This document shows positions 27,224-37,323 of a stretch of DNA of 64,000 nucleotides, piece after piece. The notes under the pieces were generated by a model, which saw nothing but the letters and a program-made list of their open reading frames with translations, was not told the DNA's origin and ran no database searches. This DNA comes from Candidatus Thermofontivivens primus (GTDB taxonomy: Bacteria > Sysuimicrobiota > Sysuimicrobiia > Sysuimicrobiales > Thermofontiviventaceae), in the NCBI GenBank assembly GCA_031458695.1, contig JAVKJW010000002.1, positions 1 to 64,000 on the forward strand. The letters run 5' to 3'. The position numbers and the translations under genes were made by a program. Every line of letters starts with the position of its first letter. Position 1 is the stretch's first letter.

Positions 27224-28060
27224 GTGGAGCGTCGGCCGGTTGTGGGGACGGTAGCGATTGTGGGGGTGGGGCTCATCGGCGGCTCTATGGGGATGGCCCT
27301 GCTCCGGCATGGCGTTGCTGCAGAGGTCGTTGGGGTTGACCGGGATCCGGAAGTGGTTTCGACCGCCATTCGCCGTGGTGCAGTGCACCACGGAGGGACG
27401 GAGCTTCGCCTCGTCGGAGGCGCCGACCTGGTTGTGGTCGCTGTCCCTGTCGGGGCGATCCCAGAAACTGTGGCAGCGTTGGCTCCCTTCATGAGGGCGG
27501 ATGCAATTGTCACAGATGTGGGAAGCGTGAAAGAACCCATCGTGCGGGCCATAGAGGAGCGCTTCCCCAGCCTCCGGTATGTGGGAGGGCACCCCATGGC
27601 CGGAAGCGAGGGATGGGGGATTGAGCAAGCCGACGCGTCCCTTCTGGATTCTCGACCGTTCCTCCTCACCCGCACCGAGCGCACCAAGGAGGACATCCTC
27701 GAAATGGTAGCGGCGGTGGTCCGGGGAATCGGGATGAAGCCCGTTGTATTAAGCCCGCGAGAGCACGATGCACTCGTGGCGCGGGTGAGCCACCTTCCCT
27801 ACGTGGTGGCCGTTGCCCTGGTAGAGGCAGCATTGCGTGGGGATACGTTGGTTGCAGGCCCAGGCTTCAGGGACGCGACGCGTGTGGCAGCCAGCCCGCC
27901 AGCGATGTGGGAGGAGATCTGCCGGATGAACCGGGAGGAGCTTCTGGAGGCAATTGCGGAGTTCGAGCGGGCCTTGGAGAGGGTGAGGGCAGGGATCCTC
28001 GGCGAGGCCCAGCTGGGTGAGATCCTCCGCCATGCCCACAAGCGTCGATCGGAGATGTAG
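27224..28060 (+). CDS. tyrA: Prephenate/arogenate dehydrogenase
   Basis: G-V-G-L-I-G-G-S, D-V-G-S-V-K, G-G-H-P-M-A-G-S-E, H-D...S-H-L-P, G-F-R-D-A-T-R. Confidence 0.93.
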   Translation: MERRPVVGTVAIVGVGLIGGSMGMALLRHGVAAEVVGVDRDPEVVSTAIRRGAVHHGGTELRLVGGADLVVVAVPVGAIPETVAALAPFMRADAIVTDVGSVKEPIVRAIEERFPSLRYVGGHPMAGSEGWGIEQADASLLDSRPFLLTRTERTKEDILEMVAAVVRGIGMKPVVLSPREHDALVARVSHLPYVVAVALVEAALRGDTLVAGPGFRDATRVAASPPAMWEEICRMNREELLEAIAEFERALERVRAGILGEAQLGEILRHAHKRRSEM

Positions 28061-28117
28061 AGCTCTGGTTCGTAGGCTCCTGTGCCTGTCTGGAGACGCA
28101 AAAACCAAGGATGGAGA

Positions 28118-28552
28118 GCCGATGAAGGGAACGAGTAGGGTGCCGAGCCGGGCATAGACCCTCTTCGGGAATTCCTGAGGGAAGAGGGCCCTGCACATTC
28201 CAAGGGATGTTGCGGGGAGAACAGAGAGCCGGCGGTGGTGGGAGTCCGGTCCCGGTGGCACGAAGGTTCCCAGGATCTCCTGGGACCACCGAATGGATCC
28301 CGGAGGCGCGGGGCGAACGGCCAGCTCTGAGAGGGAGCTCAGGCAAAGGTCACGAGAGGTTTGCCGTGGTGCGCAAGCCAAGTAGTCCCGCCGGTTTTCT
28401 CCCCCGATAACGGGAGGGAAAGTGCCCAGGCCTGGGGATTGGCGTGAGGGATGGAGTCCGAACGCCGAACCTCCGGATTCCCTGGGAAAGAGGGTGGCAC
28501 CGCGGAGCTAGGCCCTTCGCCCCTTCCGGGACGAAGGGCCTTCTTGGTTATT
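28118..28552 (+). ncRNA. T-box riboswitch 2 (Trp specifier UGG), transcriptional
   Basis: GCCGATGAA, AGTA, AGAGAG, GGTGGGA loop, GAA-TGG specifier (28294-28296), T-box GGGTGGCACCGCG (bulge 28495-28501), terminator AGGCCCTTCG..CGAAGGGCCT-TCTTGGTTATT. Confidence 0.93.
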
Positions 28553-28618
28553 GCATGTGGATTCTGTCGGGCACAGAGTTGGGAGTCATTCAGGCGCTTT
28601 CGATTGGGGAGGGCAGGG

Positions 28619-30139
28619 ATGTTGCGGACGGTACGCGTTGAGCCAGGATACCTGGAGTTCGCCTCCAGGGCACGGGAGGGGAATCTCATCCCTGTCTGGT
28701 GCGAGATCCTTGCGGATACGGAGACGCCGATCTCCGCGTTCCTGAAGATCCGAGATCTTCCGTACGCGTTCCTCTTGGAGAGCGTGGAGGGGAGCCAGAA
28801 GCTCGCCCGTTACTCCTTCCTCGGGGGGCGCCCGCTCTTAGTGGTGGCAACAGCATCGGATGGCACTACGGAGGTTCAGAAGAAGGGAGGGATCCAAAGA
28901 AGAAGGGGAGACCCGCTAGAGATCGCACGGGAGGTGCTCTCCCCTTACCGGCCTGTAGATGATCCAAACCTCCGTGCGGTGCTCCCCCGGTTCACTGGAG
29001 GCCTGCTGGGATACTTCGGGTACGATCTCGTGCGGTGGTGGGAGAACCTTCCCAACAAGCCTCCGGACGACCTGGGATGCCCGGTCATAGAGCTTGTCCT
29101 TGTAGATACCGTGCTCGCCTTCGACCACCTGACAAACCGCATCAGAGTGATCGCACACGCTTTCATTGAGGAAGATGATGTCCACGCCACCTATCGCCGC
29201 GCTGTGGAACGGGTGGAGGAGATGGTGGAGAAGCTCGGTACCCCTGCTCGAGCGAGGGAGCGGGGAGACGGGAGAGCGGAGAGGAATGCGACAGTGACAG
29301 TCGAGGCGAACATAGGGCGAGAGGAGTTCCTCTCGAAGGTCGCAACGGCCAAGGAGTACATCTTCGCCGGGGATATCTTCCAGGTCATCCTCTCCCAGCG
29401 CTTCCGGGTGAGCCCCATTCTGGTGGATCCCTTCGACTTGTACCGTGCGCTGCGCGCGATCAATCCCTCTCCCTACATGTTCTACCTCGACTTCCCGACG
29501 GTGAAACTCGTGGGTGCTTCTCCCGAGATGCTTGTGCGCCTGGAGGGGGAGGAGGTGGAGATGCGGCCTATTGCGGGGACGAGGCCGCGGGGGACGACGC
29601 CTGAGGAGGATGAAAGGCTGGCCGAGGATCTCCTCCAGGATGAGAAAGAGCGAGCGGAGCACATTATGCTCGTTGACCTTACTCGCAATGACCTGGGCAG
29701 GATCTCCCGCTATGGCTCGGTGACCGTGAGCGAGCTTATGACCATCGAACGATACTCTCACGTCATGCACCTGGTGAGCACAATCTCCGGCAAGCTCGCC
29801 GCCGGACGGAACGCCTTCGACGTCCTTCGGGCAGTTTTCCCCCATGGCACCGTGACAGGGGCGCCGAAGGTCCGTGCCATGGAGATCATCGACGAGCTGG
29901 AACCCACTGCCCGTGGGCCATACGCAGGAGCCGTGGGATATGTCGACTTCCGAGGGAACATGGACACCGCCATCACCATCCGAACCATCTTGGTCAAGGA
30001 AGGGAGCGCTTATATCCAGGCGGGTGCCGGCATCGTGGCAGATTCGATCCCTGAGCGGGAGTTCGAGGAAACAGTGAACAAAGCTCGCGCGCTTCTCAAG
30101 GCGATCGAGCTTGCGGGGAGTCCCTCCCGGCCTCGCTGA
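28619..30139 (+). CDS. trpE: Anthranilate synthase component I
   Basis: F-L-L-E-S-V-E, N-P-S-P-Y-M-F, P-I-A-G-T-R, E-H-I-M-L-V-D-L, G-A-P-K-V-R-A-M; ATG 28619 lies after the T-box terminator. Confidence 0.96.
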   Translation: MLRTVRVEPGYLEFASRAREGNLIPVWCEILADTETPISAFLKIRDLPYAFLLESVEGSQKLARYSFLGGRPLLVVATASDGTTEVQKKGGIQRRRGDPLEIAREVLSPYRPVDDPNLRAVLPRFTGGLLGYFGYDLVRWWENLPNKPPDDLGCPVIELVLVDTVLAFDHLTNRIRVIAHAFIEEDDVHATYRRAVERVEEMVEKLGTPARARERGDGRAERNATVTVEANIGREEFLSKVATAKEYIFAGDIFQVILSQRFRVSPILVDPFDLYRALRAINPSPYMFYLDFPTVKLVGASPEMLVRLEGEEVEMRPIAGTRPRGTTPEEDERLAEDLLQDEKERAEHIMLVDLTRNDLGRISRYGSVTVSELMTIERYSHVMHLVSTISGKLAAGRNAFDVLRAVFPHGTVTGAPKVRAMEIIDELEPTARGPYAGAVGYVDFRGNMDTAITIRTILVKEGSAYIQAGAGIVADSIPEREFEETVNKARALLKAIELAGSPSRPR

Positions 30140-30158
30140 GTTTTGCAGGGTGAGACGT

Positions 30159-30794
30159 ATGGCGCATCAACGCGGAAAGGTACTCGTCATTGACAACTAC
30201 GATTCCTTTGCTTACAACCTTGTGCAAGCCCTGGGAGAGTTGGGAGCCGACCCCGTGGCGCGGAGGAACGACGAAATCACTTTGGAAGAGATCGCCTCCA
30301 TGCGCCCGTTAGGGATTGTCCTCTCCCCTGGACCCTGCACCCCTCAGGAGGCAGGGATCTCTCTTGCGGTGGTCCGCCGGTTTTCCGGCGCCATCCCGAT
30401 CCTTGGCGTCTGCTTGGGACACCAGTGCATCGGCGAGGCCTTTGGAGGGAAGGTCGTACGGGCTCCTCTGCCCATGCACGGGAAGACCTCGATGATCCAT
30501 CACGATGGCAAGACCATCTTCGCCAGTCTCCCCAACCCGATTCTGGCAACACGGTACCACTCGCTGATCGTTGAGCTCGAGGGCCTTCCTGAGTGCCTGG
30601 AGGTCTCTGCCTGGTCCTCGGATGGGTTGATCATGGGCCTGCGCCACCGGCAGTTCCTTGTAGAGGGGGTACAGTTCCATCCTGAGTCGATCCTCACGAC
30701 CCATGGCAAGGAGATCTTGCAGAACTTCCTTCTCCTTGCGCAGGCGTTTTGGAACGCACCCACCAAACCCTACAGACTCGAGAAACCCAAATGA
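30159..30794 (+). CDS. trpG: Anthranilate synthase component II (glutamine amidotransferase)
   Basis: I-D-N-Y-D-S-F, S-P-G-P-C, G-V-C-L-G-H-Q, R-Y-H-S-L, Q-F-H-P-E-S. Confidence 0.96.
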   Translation: MAHQRGKVLVIDNYDSFAYNLVQALGELGADPVARRNDEITLEEIASMRPLGIVLSPGPCTPQEAGISLAVVRRFSGAIPILGVCLGHQCIGEAFGGKVVRAPLPMHGKTSMIHHDGKTIFASLPNPILATRYHSLIVELEGLPECLEVSAWSSDGLIMGLRHRQFLVEGVQFHPESILTTHGKEILQNFLLLAQAFWNAPTKPYRLEKPK

Positions 30795-30809
30795 AGGAGG
30801 TTCCCTGAG

Positions 30810-31823
30810 ATGATCCGGGAAGCCATTGAGAAGGTAGTCCAGCGCATCTCCTTGAGCAGGGAGGAAGCGAGGGCGGCGATGGGCGAGATCATGGATGGGC
30901 AAGCCACCCCTGCCCAGATCGCCAGCCTCATCACAGCACTCCGGATGAAAGGCGAAACGGTGGAGGAGATCGTGGGATTCGCCCAGGCGATGCGCGAGCG
31001 CTCCGTGCGCATCTCCCCTCGCGTCGACCATCTCCTAGATACCTGCGGGACAGGTGGAGATCGCCTCAACACCTTCAATATCTCCACGATCGCGGCATTC
31101 GTGATCGCCGGTTCAGGCGTTCATGTGGCCAAACATGGGAACCGCTCGGTGAGCAGCAGGTGCGGGAGCGCCGACCTCCTGGAGGCGCTGCAGATCCCTC
31201 TGGATGCGGATCCAGCTTCTGTCGAGCGCTGCATCGAGGAGGAGCGCATTGGGTTCCTATTCGCCCCGCGGTTTCACCTTGCTATGAAGCACGCTCTTGG
31301 CCCTCGCAGGGAGATTGGGATCCGAACTGTATTCAACATCCTTGGCCCGCTTACCAACCCCGCTGGCGCCCAGTACCAGATCCTGGGGGTCGCCGACCCA
31401 TCGCTGGTGGAGGTGATGGCAGAGTGCCTGTTGGAGCTGGGAGCCCGTCGCGTCATGGTCGTACACGGGCTCGATGGGATGGACGAGCTCTCCATCTGTG
31501 CACCCACGAAGGTTGCTGAAGTGGACCAGGGCACCATTCGGACCTATACCTTGGATCCAGGAGAGATCGGGCTCTCCCACAGCGACCTCACAGCGATCTC
31601 GGGTGGGACGCCTGAGGAGAACGCGCGGATCGCGCTCTCCATCCTCCAGGGAGAACATGGACCGCGCCGCGACGCCGTCGTGCTGAACGCGGCTGCAGGG
31701 TTGTACATCAGCGGGCATGCCAGTGACCTCCGGGAAGGTGTTGTTCTTGCCTGCGAGAGCATCGACTCCGGTGCGGCGTATGACCGGCTGGTTGCCCTTC
31801 GAGGGAGGCTTGCATCGATTTGA
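30810..31823 (+). CDS. trpD: Anthranilate phosphoribosyltransferase
   Basis: D-T-C-G-T-G-G-D, F-N-I-S-T, K-H-G-N-R-S, G-M-D-E. Confidence 0.97.
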   Translation: MIREAIEKVVQRISLSREEARAAMGEIMDGQATPAQIASLITALRMKGETVEEIVGFAQAMRERSVRISPRVDHLLDTCGTGGDRLNTFNISTIAAFVIAGSGVHVAKHGNRSVSSRCGSADLLEALQIPLDADPASVERCIEEERIGFLFAPRFHLAMKHALGPRREIGIRTVFNILGPLTNPAGAQYQILGVADPSLVEVMAECLLELGARRVMVVHGLDGMDELSICAPTKVAEVDQGTIRTYTLDPGEIGLSHSDLTAISGGTPEENARIALSILQGEHGPRRDAVVLNAAAGLYISGHASDLREGVVLACESIDSGAAYDRLVALRGRLASI

Positions 31824-31887
31824 TCGTGTGGTCCCTTGAGTACGACCCAAGCACAGTTGCTTTGCCCTCACAGAGGGGACCGGACGC

Positions 31888-32673
31888 ATGACCATCCTGG
31901 ACGAGATCGTGGCGCACAAGCGGAGGGAAGTCATGGAGGCCAAGGAGCAGAGGCCGCTTGAGATGCTCCAGGAGGTTATTGCAGGGGCGCCCACACCGAG
32001 GGATTTCCCTGGTGCCTTGATGGGAGAGAGGATCCGACTCATCGCCGAGATCAAAGCGGCATCTCCCTCCGGGGGCATCCTCCGAGAGAACATCGATCCT
32101 ATTGCCTTGGCTACTGCGTACGTGCGCGGAGGTGCAGCGGCGATCTCGGTGGTCACAGAAAAAAGGTACTTCCGGGGCAGGCCAGAGTACATCCCCCAGG
32201 TCAAGCGCGCTGGACCAGCCCCTGTTCTTTTGAAGGACTTCCTCCTCGACACCTACCAGATTTATGAGGCCAGGGTCTTAGGAGCGGATGCAGTGCTGCT
32301 CATCGCTGCGATTCTTGCACCGAACGAACTTGCGGAGTTGGTGGCCATCGCGCGGGGGCTCGGAATGGCCCCCCTTGTGGAAGTTCATACTGAGGAGGAA
32401 GTGATCAATGCGGTCCAGGCTGGGGCGAGGCTCATCGGCGTGAACTGCCGGGATCTCCGGACGTTCGCCGTGGACCCCCAGGTCGCCGCACGGTTACGCC
32501 CATTGATCCCCCCTGGGGTGCTTTCTGTTGCGGAGAGCGGGATCAAGACGCGCCAGGACGTGGAATGGCTGGAGGCGCTGGGGTATCACGCGGTCCTCGT
32601 GGGGACCACGCTCGTCACCAGTGTAGATCCAGAGGCAAAGGTGCGGGAGCTCACAGGTGCGCGCGATTTGTGA
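31888..32673 (+). CDS. trpC: Indole-3-glycerol phosphate synthase
   Basis: I-A-E-I-K-A-A-S-P-S, S-V-V-T-E, K-D-F, L-V-E-V-H, A-E-S-G-I. Confidence 0.95.
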   Translation: MTILDEIVAHKRREVMEAKEQRPLEMLQEVIAGAPTPRDFPGALMGERIRLIAEIKAASPSGGILRENIDPIALATAYVRGGAAAISVVTEKRYFRGRPEYIPQVKRAGPAPVLLKDFLLDTYQIYEARVLGADAVLLIAAILAPNELAELVAIARGLGMAPLVEVHTEEEVINAVQAGARLIGVNCRDLRTFAVDPQVAARLRPLIPPGVLSVAESGIKTRQDVEWLEALGYHAVLVGTTLVTSVDPEAKVRELTGARDL

Positions 32674-32685
32674 GGAGGGCAGGCA

Positions 32686-33375
32686 GTGATCCGGATCAAG
32701 ATCTGCGGGATTACGACGCCAGAGGCAGCGCGTGTCGCAGCAGAGGCAGGTGCGGATGCCATTGGTCTTGTGTTCGCGCCAAGCCGGAGGAGGGTATCGG
32801 TGGAAGAAGCAAAGGCCATCGTGGCTGCTTTGCCCCCATTCGTCTCGCGCGTGGGGGTATTTGTCAACGAGGCACCCGAGCGCATCGCTGCCATTGCCGA
32901 TGCGTGTGGGCTGGATGTCCTTCAGCTCCACGGGGATGAGCCTCCCGAAGCGTGCCGGTGGTTCCCACGGAAAGTGATTAAGGCCATCCGGGTGCGGGGG
33001 CCAGAGAGTCTGGAGAGTCTTGCGCGGTACGAGGTAGACGCCTTCCTGCTGGATACGTTCGTCCAGGGAGAAGCTGGTGGGACTGGGCGCACCTTCGACT
33101 GGGAGATCGCCAAGACCGCTAGTGCGCAGTTTCGGGTGATCCTCTCTGGTGGGTTGACCCCGGAGAATGTGCGCGAGGCCCTGGAACTGGTGCGGCCTTA
33201 TGGGGTGGACGTGAGTAGCGGGGTGGAGACGGATGGCTCGAAGGACCCAGAGAAGATCCGGGCTTTTATTGCGGCGGTCCGTGAGTGGGAACACCGCCGG
33301 GTCCTTACACCTTTAATGGAAGAGAGTCCATGGACGCGACGAGGCGAGAGGAATTCAGGGGAGGGGGAAGGATGA
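32686..33375 (+). CDS. trpF: Phosphoribosylanthranilate isomerase
   Basis: [28 protein letters not shown]. Confidence 0.96.
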   Translation: MIRIKICGITTPEAARVAAEAGADAIGLVFAPSRRRVSVEEAKAIVAALPPFVSRVGVFVNEAPERIAAIADACGLDVLQLHGDEPPEACRWFPRKVIKAIRVRGPESLESLARYEVDAFLLDTFVQGEAGGTGRTFDWEIAKTASAQFRVILSGGLTPENVREALELVRPYGVDVSSGVETDGSKDPEKIRAFIAAVREWEHRRVLTPLMEESPWTRRGERNSGEGEG

Positions 33376-34595
33376 AGGTGGACACGGGAAGCGAGAGCAC
33401 GCTGCGGGGCAGGTTTGGGCCGTATGGGGGGCGCTATGTCCCGGAGACCGTGATCCCGGCGCTAGAGGAGCTGGAGGCAAGCTATCTCCGCTATCGAGAC
33501 GACCCGGGCTTCCGGGGGGAGCTGGAAGAATACCTCAAGAACTACTGCGGCAGGCCAACGCCTCTCTGGTACGCCCGCAGGCTCACGGAGGCCATTGGGG
33601 GGGCAAGGATCTATCTGAAGCGGGAAGACCTCCTGCACACAGGAGCGCACAAAATCAACAACACCATCGGCCAGGTCTTGCTCGCTGTCAAGATGGGGAA
33701 ACGCAGGGTGATTGCGGAGACCGGAGCCGGGCAGCACGGGGTAGCCACGGCAACAGCTGCTGCCTTGTTCGGGTTGCAGTGTGAGATCTACATGGGCACA
33801 GAGGACATGGTCAGACAGGCTCTGAACGTGACCCGCATGCGGCTTCTCGGAGCAACGGTGCACCCCGTGGACTCTGGAAGCCGTACCCTCAAGGACGCCA
33901 TCAACGAGGCGATGCGGGATTGGGTGACCAACGTCAGGACGACGTTCTATGTCATCGGTTCGGTTGTCGGCCCCCACCCCTACCCGATGATCGTGCGCGA
34001 CTTCCAGGCAGTGATCGGGCGAGAGGCACGCGCCCAGATCCTTGCAGAAGCAGGGCGTCTCCCTGACTATGTGATTGCCTGTGTGGGCGGTGGGAGCAAC
34101 GCCATTGGGCTGTTCAGCGGGTTCCTGGACGCGGAGGAGGTACGTCTCGTGGGGGTGGAGGCGGGCGGGGAGGGGTTGGAGACGGGCCGCCACGCGGCTA
34201 CCCTGTGCGTGGGGAGCCCGGGGGTGCTCCATGGGGCCTATACCTACCTCCTCCAGGACGAGCACGGGCAGATCCTGGAGACCCACTCGGTTTCCGCAGG
34301 GCTGGATTATCCCGGCGTCGGTCCCGAACACAGCTTCCTCAAGGATTCTGGGAGGGCCACGTACGTCGCCGTGACCGACACACAGGCCCTTGAGGCATTC
34401 CAGCTTCTGGGCACGACAGAGGGAATCCTCCCGGCGCTGGAACCTGCACATGCCCTAGCCTACGCGTGTGCGTTGGCTTCCCGTCTCCCGCGCGAGGCCA
34501 TCATCCTCGTGGGGCTCTCAGGGCGCGGAGACAAGGATGTGGAGGTGGCGAGCAAAGCCCTCTTCCACGAGGTACATCAGGAGAGCGGGAGGTGA
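33372..34595 (+). CDS. trpB: Tryptophan synthase beta chain
   Basis: [34 protein letters not shown] overlap with trpF. Confidence 0.97.
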   Translation: MKVDTGSESTLRGRFGPYGGRYVPETVIPALEELEASYLRYRDDPGFRGELEEYLKNYCGRPTPLWYARRLTEAIGGARIYLKREDLLHTGAHKINNTIGQVLLAVKMGKRRVIAETGAGQHGVATATAAALFGLQCEIYMGTEDMVRQALNVTRMRLLGATVHPVDSGSRTLKDAINEAMRDWVTNVRTTFYVIGSVVGPHPYPMIVRDFQAVIGREARAQILAEAGRLPDYVIACVGGGSNAIGLFSGFLDAEEVRLVGVEAGGEGLETGRHAATLCVGSPGVLHGAYTYLLQDEHGQILETHSVSAGLDYPGVGPEHSFLKDSGRATYVAVTDTQALEAFQLLGTTEGILPALEPAHALAYACALASRLPREAIILVGLSGRGDKDVEVASKALFHEVHQESGR

Positions 34596-34603
34596 GGGAG
34601 AGG

Positions 34604-35422
34604 ATGAGCCGGATTCGGGAGACGTTCACACGGCTTCGCGCGGCCGGGAGGATCGCACTCATCCCCTTTGTCATGGCAGGGGACCCCGATTTGGGGACGA
34701 CTGAAGAACTCCTCCCGAAACTCGTGGAGGCGGGTGCAGACCTCATCGAGGTAGGCATTCCCTTCTCAGATCCCATCGCCGATGGACCAGTAAACCAGCG
34801 GGCAGCCCAGCGTGCCCTGGCAGCAGGTGCGACGCCCAGGGAGATCCTCGCGCTGTGCAGGCGTATCCGGGAGAGAACCGACGTTCCGCTCATTCTCCTC
34901 TCCTACTACAACCCCCTGCTCCGCTATGGGGTCGCCCCCTTCTGTAGGGATGCCCGCAACGCTGGGGTTGACGGCTTGGTGGTTCCAGACCTCCCTCCCG
35001 ACGAGGCTGGGGAGCTCGTGGCGGCAGCCAGGGATTCAGGTTTGGACACCGTCTTCCTCGCGGCTCCGACGAGTACAGAGGAGCGTATCGAGCTGGTGTG
35101 CCGCTTGGCCTCGGGGTTCGTCTACTGCGTTTCCCTGACAGGCGTGACAGGACCGCGGCGGGAAATCAACAAGGAGGCCATCACGCTTCTTGCACGCCTG
35201 AGAGAAAGGACTTCCCTTCCTCTCGTCCTTGGGTTTGGCATTTCCACACCTGCCCAGGTGAGGGAAGTGGCGAAATACGCGGATGGGGTCATTGTGGGGA
35301 GCGCCCTGATCCAAGCCATGGAGGAGGCTGGGCCGCAGGGAATCGAAGCTGCCATGCGCTTCCTCTCCCAGTTCCGGCAGGCTCTCAACCTCACCCCCTC
35401 TACCCCCAGCGAGGTGATGTGA
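34604..35422 (+). CDS. trpA: Tryptophan synthase alpha chain
   Basis: E-V-G-I-P-F-S-D-P-I-A-D-G-P, Y-Y-N-P, G-V-T-G, G-F-G-I, V-G-S-A. Confidence 0.97.
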   Translation: MSRIRETFTRLRAAGRIALIPFVMAGDPDLGTTEELLPKLVEAGADLIEVGIPFSDPIADGPVNQRAAQRALAAGATPREILALCRRIRERTDVPLILLSYYNPLLRYGVAPFCRDARNAGVDGLVVPDLPPDEAGELVAAARDSGLDTVFLAAPTSTEERIELVCRLASGFVYCVSLTGVTGPRREINKEAITLLARLRERTSLPLVLGFGISTPAQVREVAKYADGVIVGSALIQAMEEAGPQGIEAAMRFLSQFRQALNLTPSTPSEVM

Positions 35423-35558
35423 AGAAACCCATTGGACGTCGAAAGAGGTTTTGCTGGCATGCTGAAGAGCCTCTGACCGAGGAAGGATTCCTCTGCCCTA
35501 CCCCAAAACATCCCTATGGACTCCCTGCTCTCCTGGGAGATGGAGGTTCCCTCTCACA

Positions 35559-36356
35559 ATGCTCGAGGTGCACGATCAAGGTGAAGTCATCGCTGTACGC
35601 ATGGCTCGTGCGGTGCTAGGGCGGCCCCTGTACTTTTGTTATGCCTTTCTGGTCAACGGCCTGCTTATCGATACAGGTCTCAGCCATGTCTGTGGTGCGT
35701 TTCAACGCTTCCTCCGGAAGTACCATGTGGAGCAGGTTGTGATCACCCATCACCATGAGGATCACTCGGGGAACGCCTGGGTTGCCAACGCCCTGGGTTT
35801 TCTCCCATACGCCCATCCTCGTTGTGTGGAGATCCTCGCCACGGGTTTCCCCCTCCAGCTCTACCGTCATTTGATCTGGGGACCTGTCCGTCCGGCAAGG
35901 TGCCAGCCTATTCCCGCAAAGATCCAGGCGGGGAGGTACTCTTTCCAGGTGCTCCATGCCCCAGGCCACAGCGAGGACATGGTGGTCCTTCTGGAGCAGG
36001 AAAGGGGGTGGCTCTTCTCCAGCGACCTGTTCCTCTCCCGCCGGCTCTTGTATCTCCAACCCGAGGAGGATATCTATCAGCTCATGGCTTCATTAGACCA
36101 CGTCCTCCGCTATGGGTTTACTACCGTCTTCTGCAGCCACAGGGGACGCCTGGACCAGGGGAAGGAGGCCCTCCAGGCCAAGTTGGATCACCTCCGGGAG
36201 CTCGAGGCGGCCGTAAAGGACCTGAGGGCGAGGGGATGGGATGAAGAGGCAATCACCAGGAGGCTCCTCGGCCGGGAGGGGTGGATGACTTGGCTCACAG
36301 GAGGGCACTTCTCCAAGCGAAATCTGATTCGCGCATTTTTGAGATCAACGAGATGA
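35559..36356 (+). CDS. MBL-fold metallo-hydrolase
   Basis: I-D-T-G, T-H-H-H-E-D-H, P-G-H-S, S-D-L-F, S-H-R-G. Confidence 0.9.
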   Translation: MLEVHDQGEVIAVRMARAVLGRPLYFCYAFLVNGLLIDTGLSHVCGAFQRFLRKYHVEQVVITHHHEDHSGNAWVANALGFLPYAHPRCVEILATGFPLQLYRHLIWGPVRPARCQPIPAKIQAGRYSFQVLHAPGHSEDMVVLLEQERGWLFSSDLFLSRRLLYLQPEEDIYQLMASLDHVLRYGFTTVFCSHRGRLDQGKEALQAKLDHLRELEAAVKDLRARGWDEEAITRRLLGREGWMTWLTGGHFSKRNLIRAFLRSTR

Positions 36357-36383
36357 TCGCACCCGAGGATCCATAAGCCCACC

Positions 36384-36872
36384 ATGCCCCAGGTCCATCT
36401 CCGTACCCTCTGCTTTATCCGAGACGGAGATCGAGTCCTCCTGATCCGCCGTACTCACCCTCCCAACGTGGGGATGTTCAATGCGGTGGGAGGGAAGATC
36501 GAGCCCGGGGAGAATCCTTACCAGGCCTGCCTGCGGGAAGTAAAAGAGGAGACGGGCCTCTCCCTTCAGAAGGCATCGCTCCGTGCTATTGTGACTGTGC
36601 TCGTCCTGGAGACGCTGGACCGGTGGATCCTGTTCACCTACATCGCGGAGCGCCCGCCAGGCCAGGAGGTAGTCCCCTCTCTCGAGGGGTCGCTCCAGTG
36701 GGTTCCCCTGGAGAAAGTTCCTACGTTGCCTGTGCCTCCGGATATACCCCTCCTTCTTCCATACCTGTTCAAAGAAGGAGCGGTCGTCTTTGTGAAGGTC
36801 ATGTACGCAAGGGAGGAGAACCCTACACCGCTCTACGCGATGATCTCTTCCCATCCCCTGCGTCGCCTCTAG
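36384..36872 (+). CDS. NUDIX hydrolase (MutT-like)
   Basis: Nudix box G-G-K-I-E-P-G-E-N-P-Y-Q-A-C-L-R-E-V-K-E-E-T-G-L. Confidence 0.9.
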   Translation: MPQVHLRTLCFIRDGDRVLLIRRTHPPNVGMFNAVGGKIEPGENPYQACLREVKEETGLSLQKASLRAIVTVLVLETLDRWILFTYIAERPPGQEVVPSLEGSLQWVPLEKVPTLPVPPDIPLLLPYLFKEGAVVFVKVMYAREENPTPLYAMISSHPLRRL

Positions 36873-37071
36873 TCCATTTGGAGGATACCCACCCCTTCCT
36901 CCTCCGGGTATAATAAAACTAGATCCATCAAGTTCCACCTATTGGCAAATTTTATATCTCATCTGCCCACGGACAGTCTTTAGGGGAAAATGCCTTGATC
37001 GCACTGCCTGCAGCGGGTCCGAAAACCCTTGGCAGTTTTAAGAGTACGGAGCTAAGTGGGGGTGAGGCAGG

Positions 37072-37323
37072 ATGCCTTTCATCGGGGACGAGATTCTCGC
37101 AGCGCAGGTCAAGGCGGCAATTTCGATGTGTACCTCCATTGGGATTGAGCCCATCAGGGTGAAGGCGAAGGACAGGGTCGTCATCCTCGCCGGGAGTGTG
37201 CAGACGCTTGAGCAGCGCGAGTGGGCCGAACGCATCGCGGCGGGGATCCCAGGTGTGCGGGGGGTCATCAACTCTTTGCTGGTTCGTGAACCTGAGGGCT
37301 CCTCCACTTTGGGAGCAGCCTGA
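37072..37323 (+). CDS. Single BON domain protein
   Basis: D-E-I-L-A-A-Q-V-K-A-A, V-I-L-A-G-S-V, A-E-R-I-A-A-G-I-P-G-V-R-G-V-I-N-S-L; good RBS. Confidence 0.85.
   Translation: MPFIGDEILAAQVKAAISMCTSIGIEPIRVKAKDRVVILAGSVQTLEQREWAERIAAGIPGVRGVINSLLVREPEGSSTLGAA

Noticed and set aside
28451..28618. 56-aa N-terminal extension of TrpE in the ORF track
   Set aside because: It overlaps the T-box antiterminator and terminator; ATG 28619 with an upstream GGGAGG is the more plausible start.
31888..32673. TrpC motif variants (LLKDF, GVNCRDL)
   Set aside because: Core catalytic Lys/Glu motifs remain and the operon context is intact; treated as ordinary divergence.
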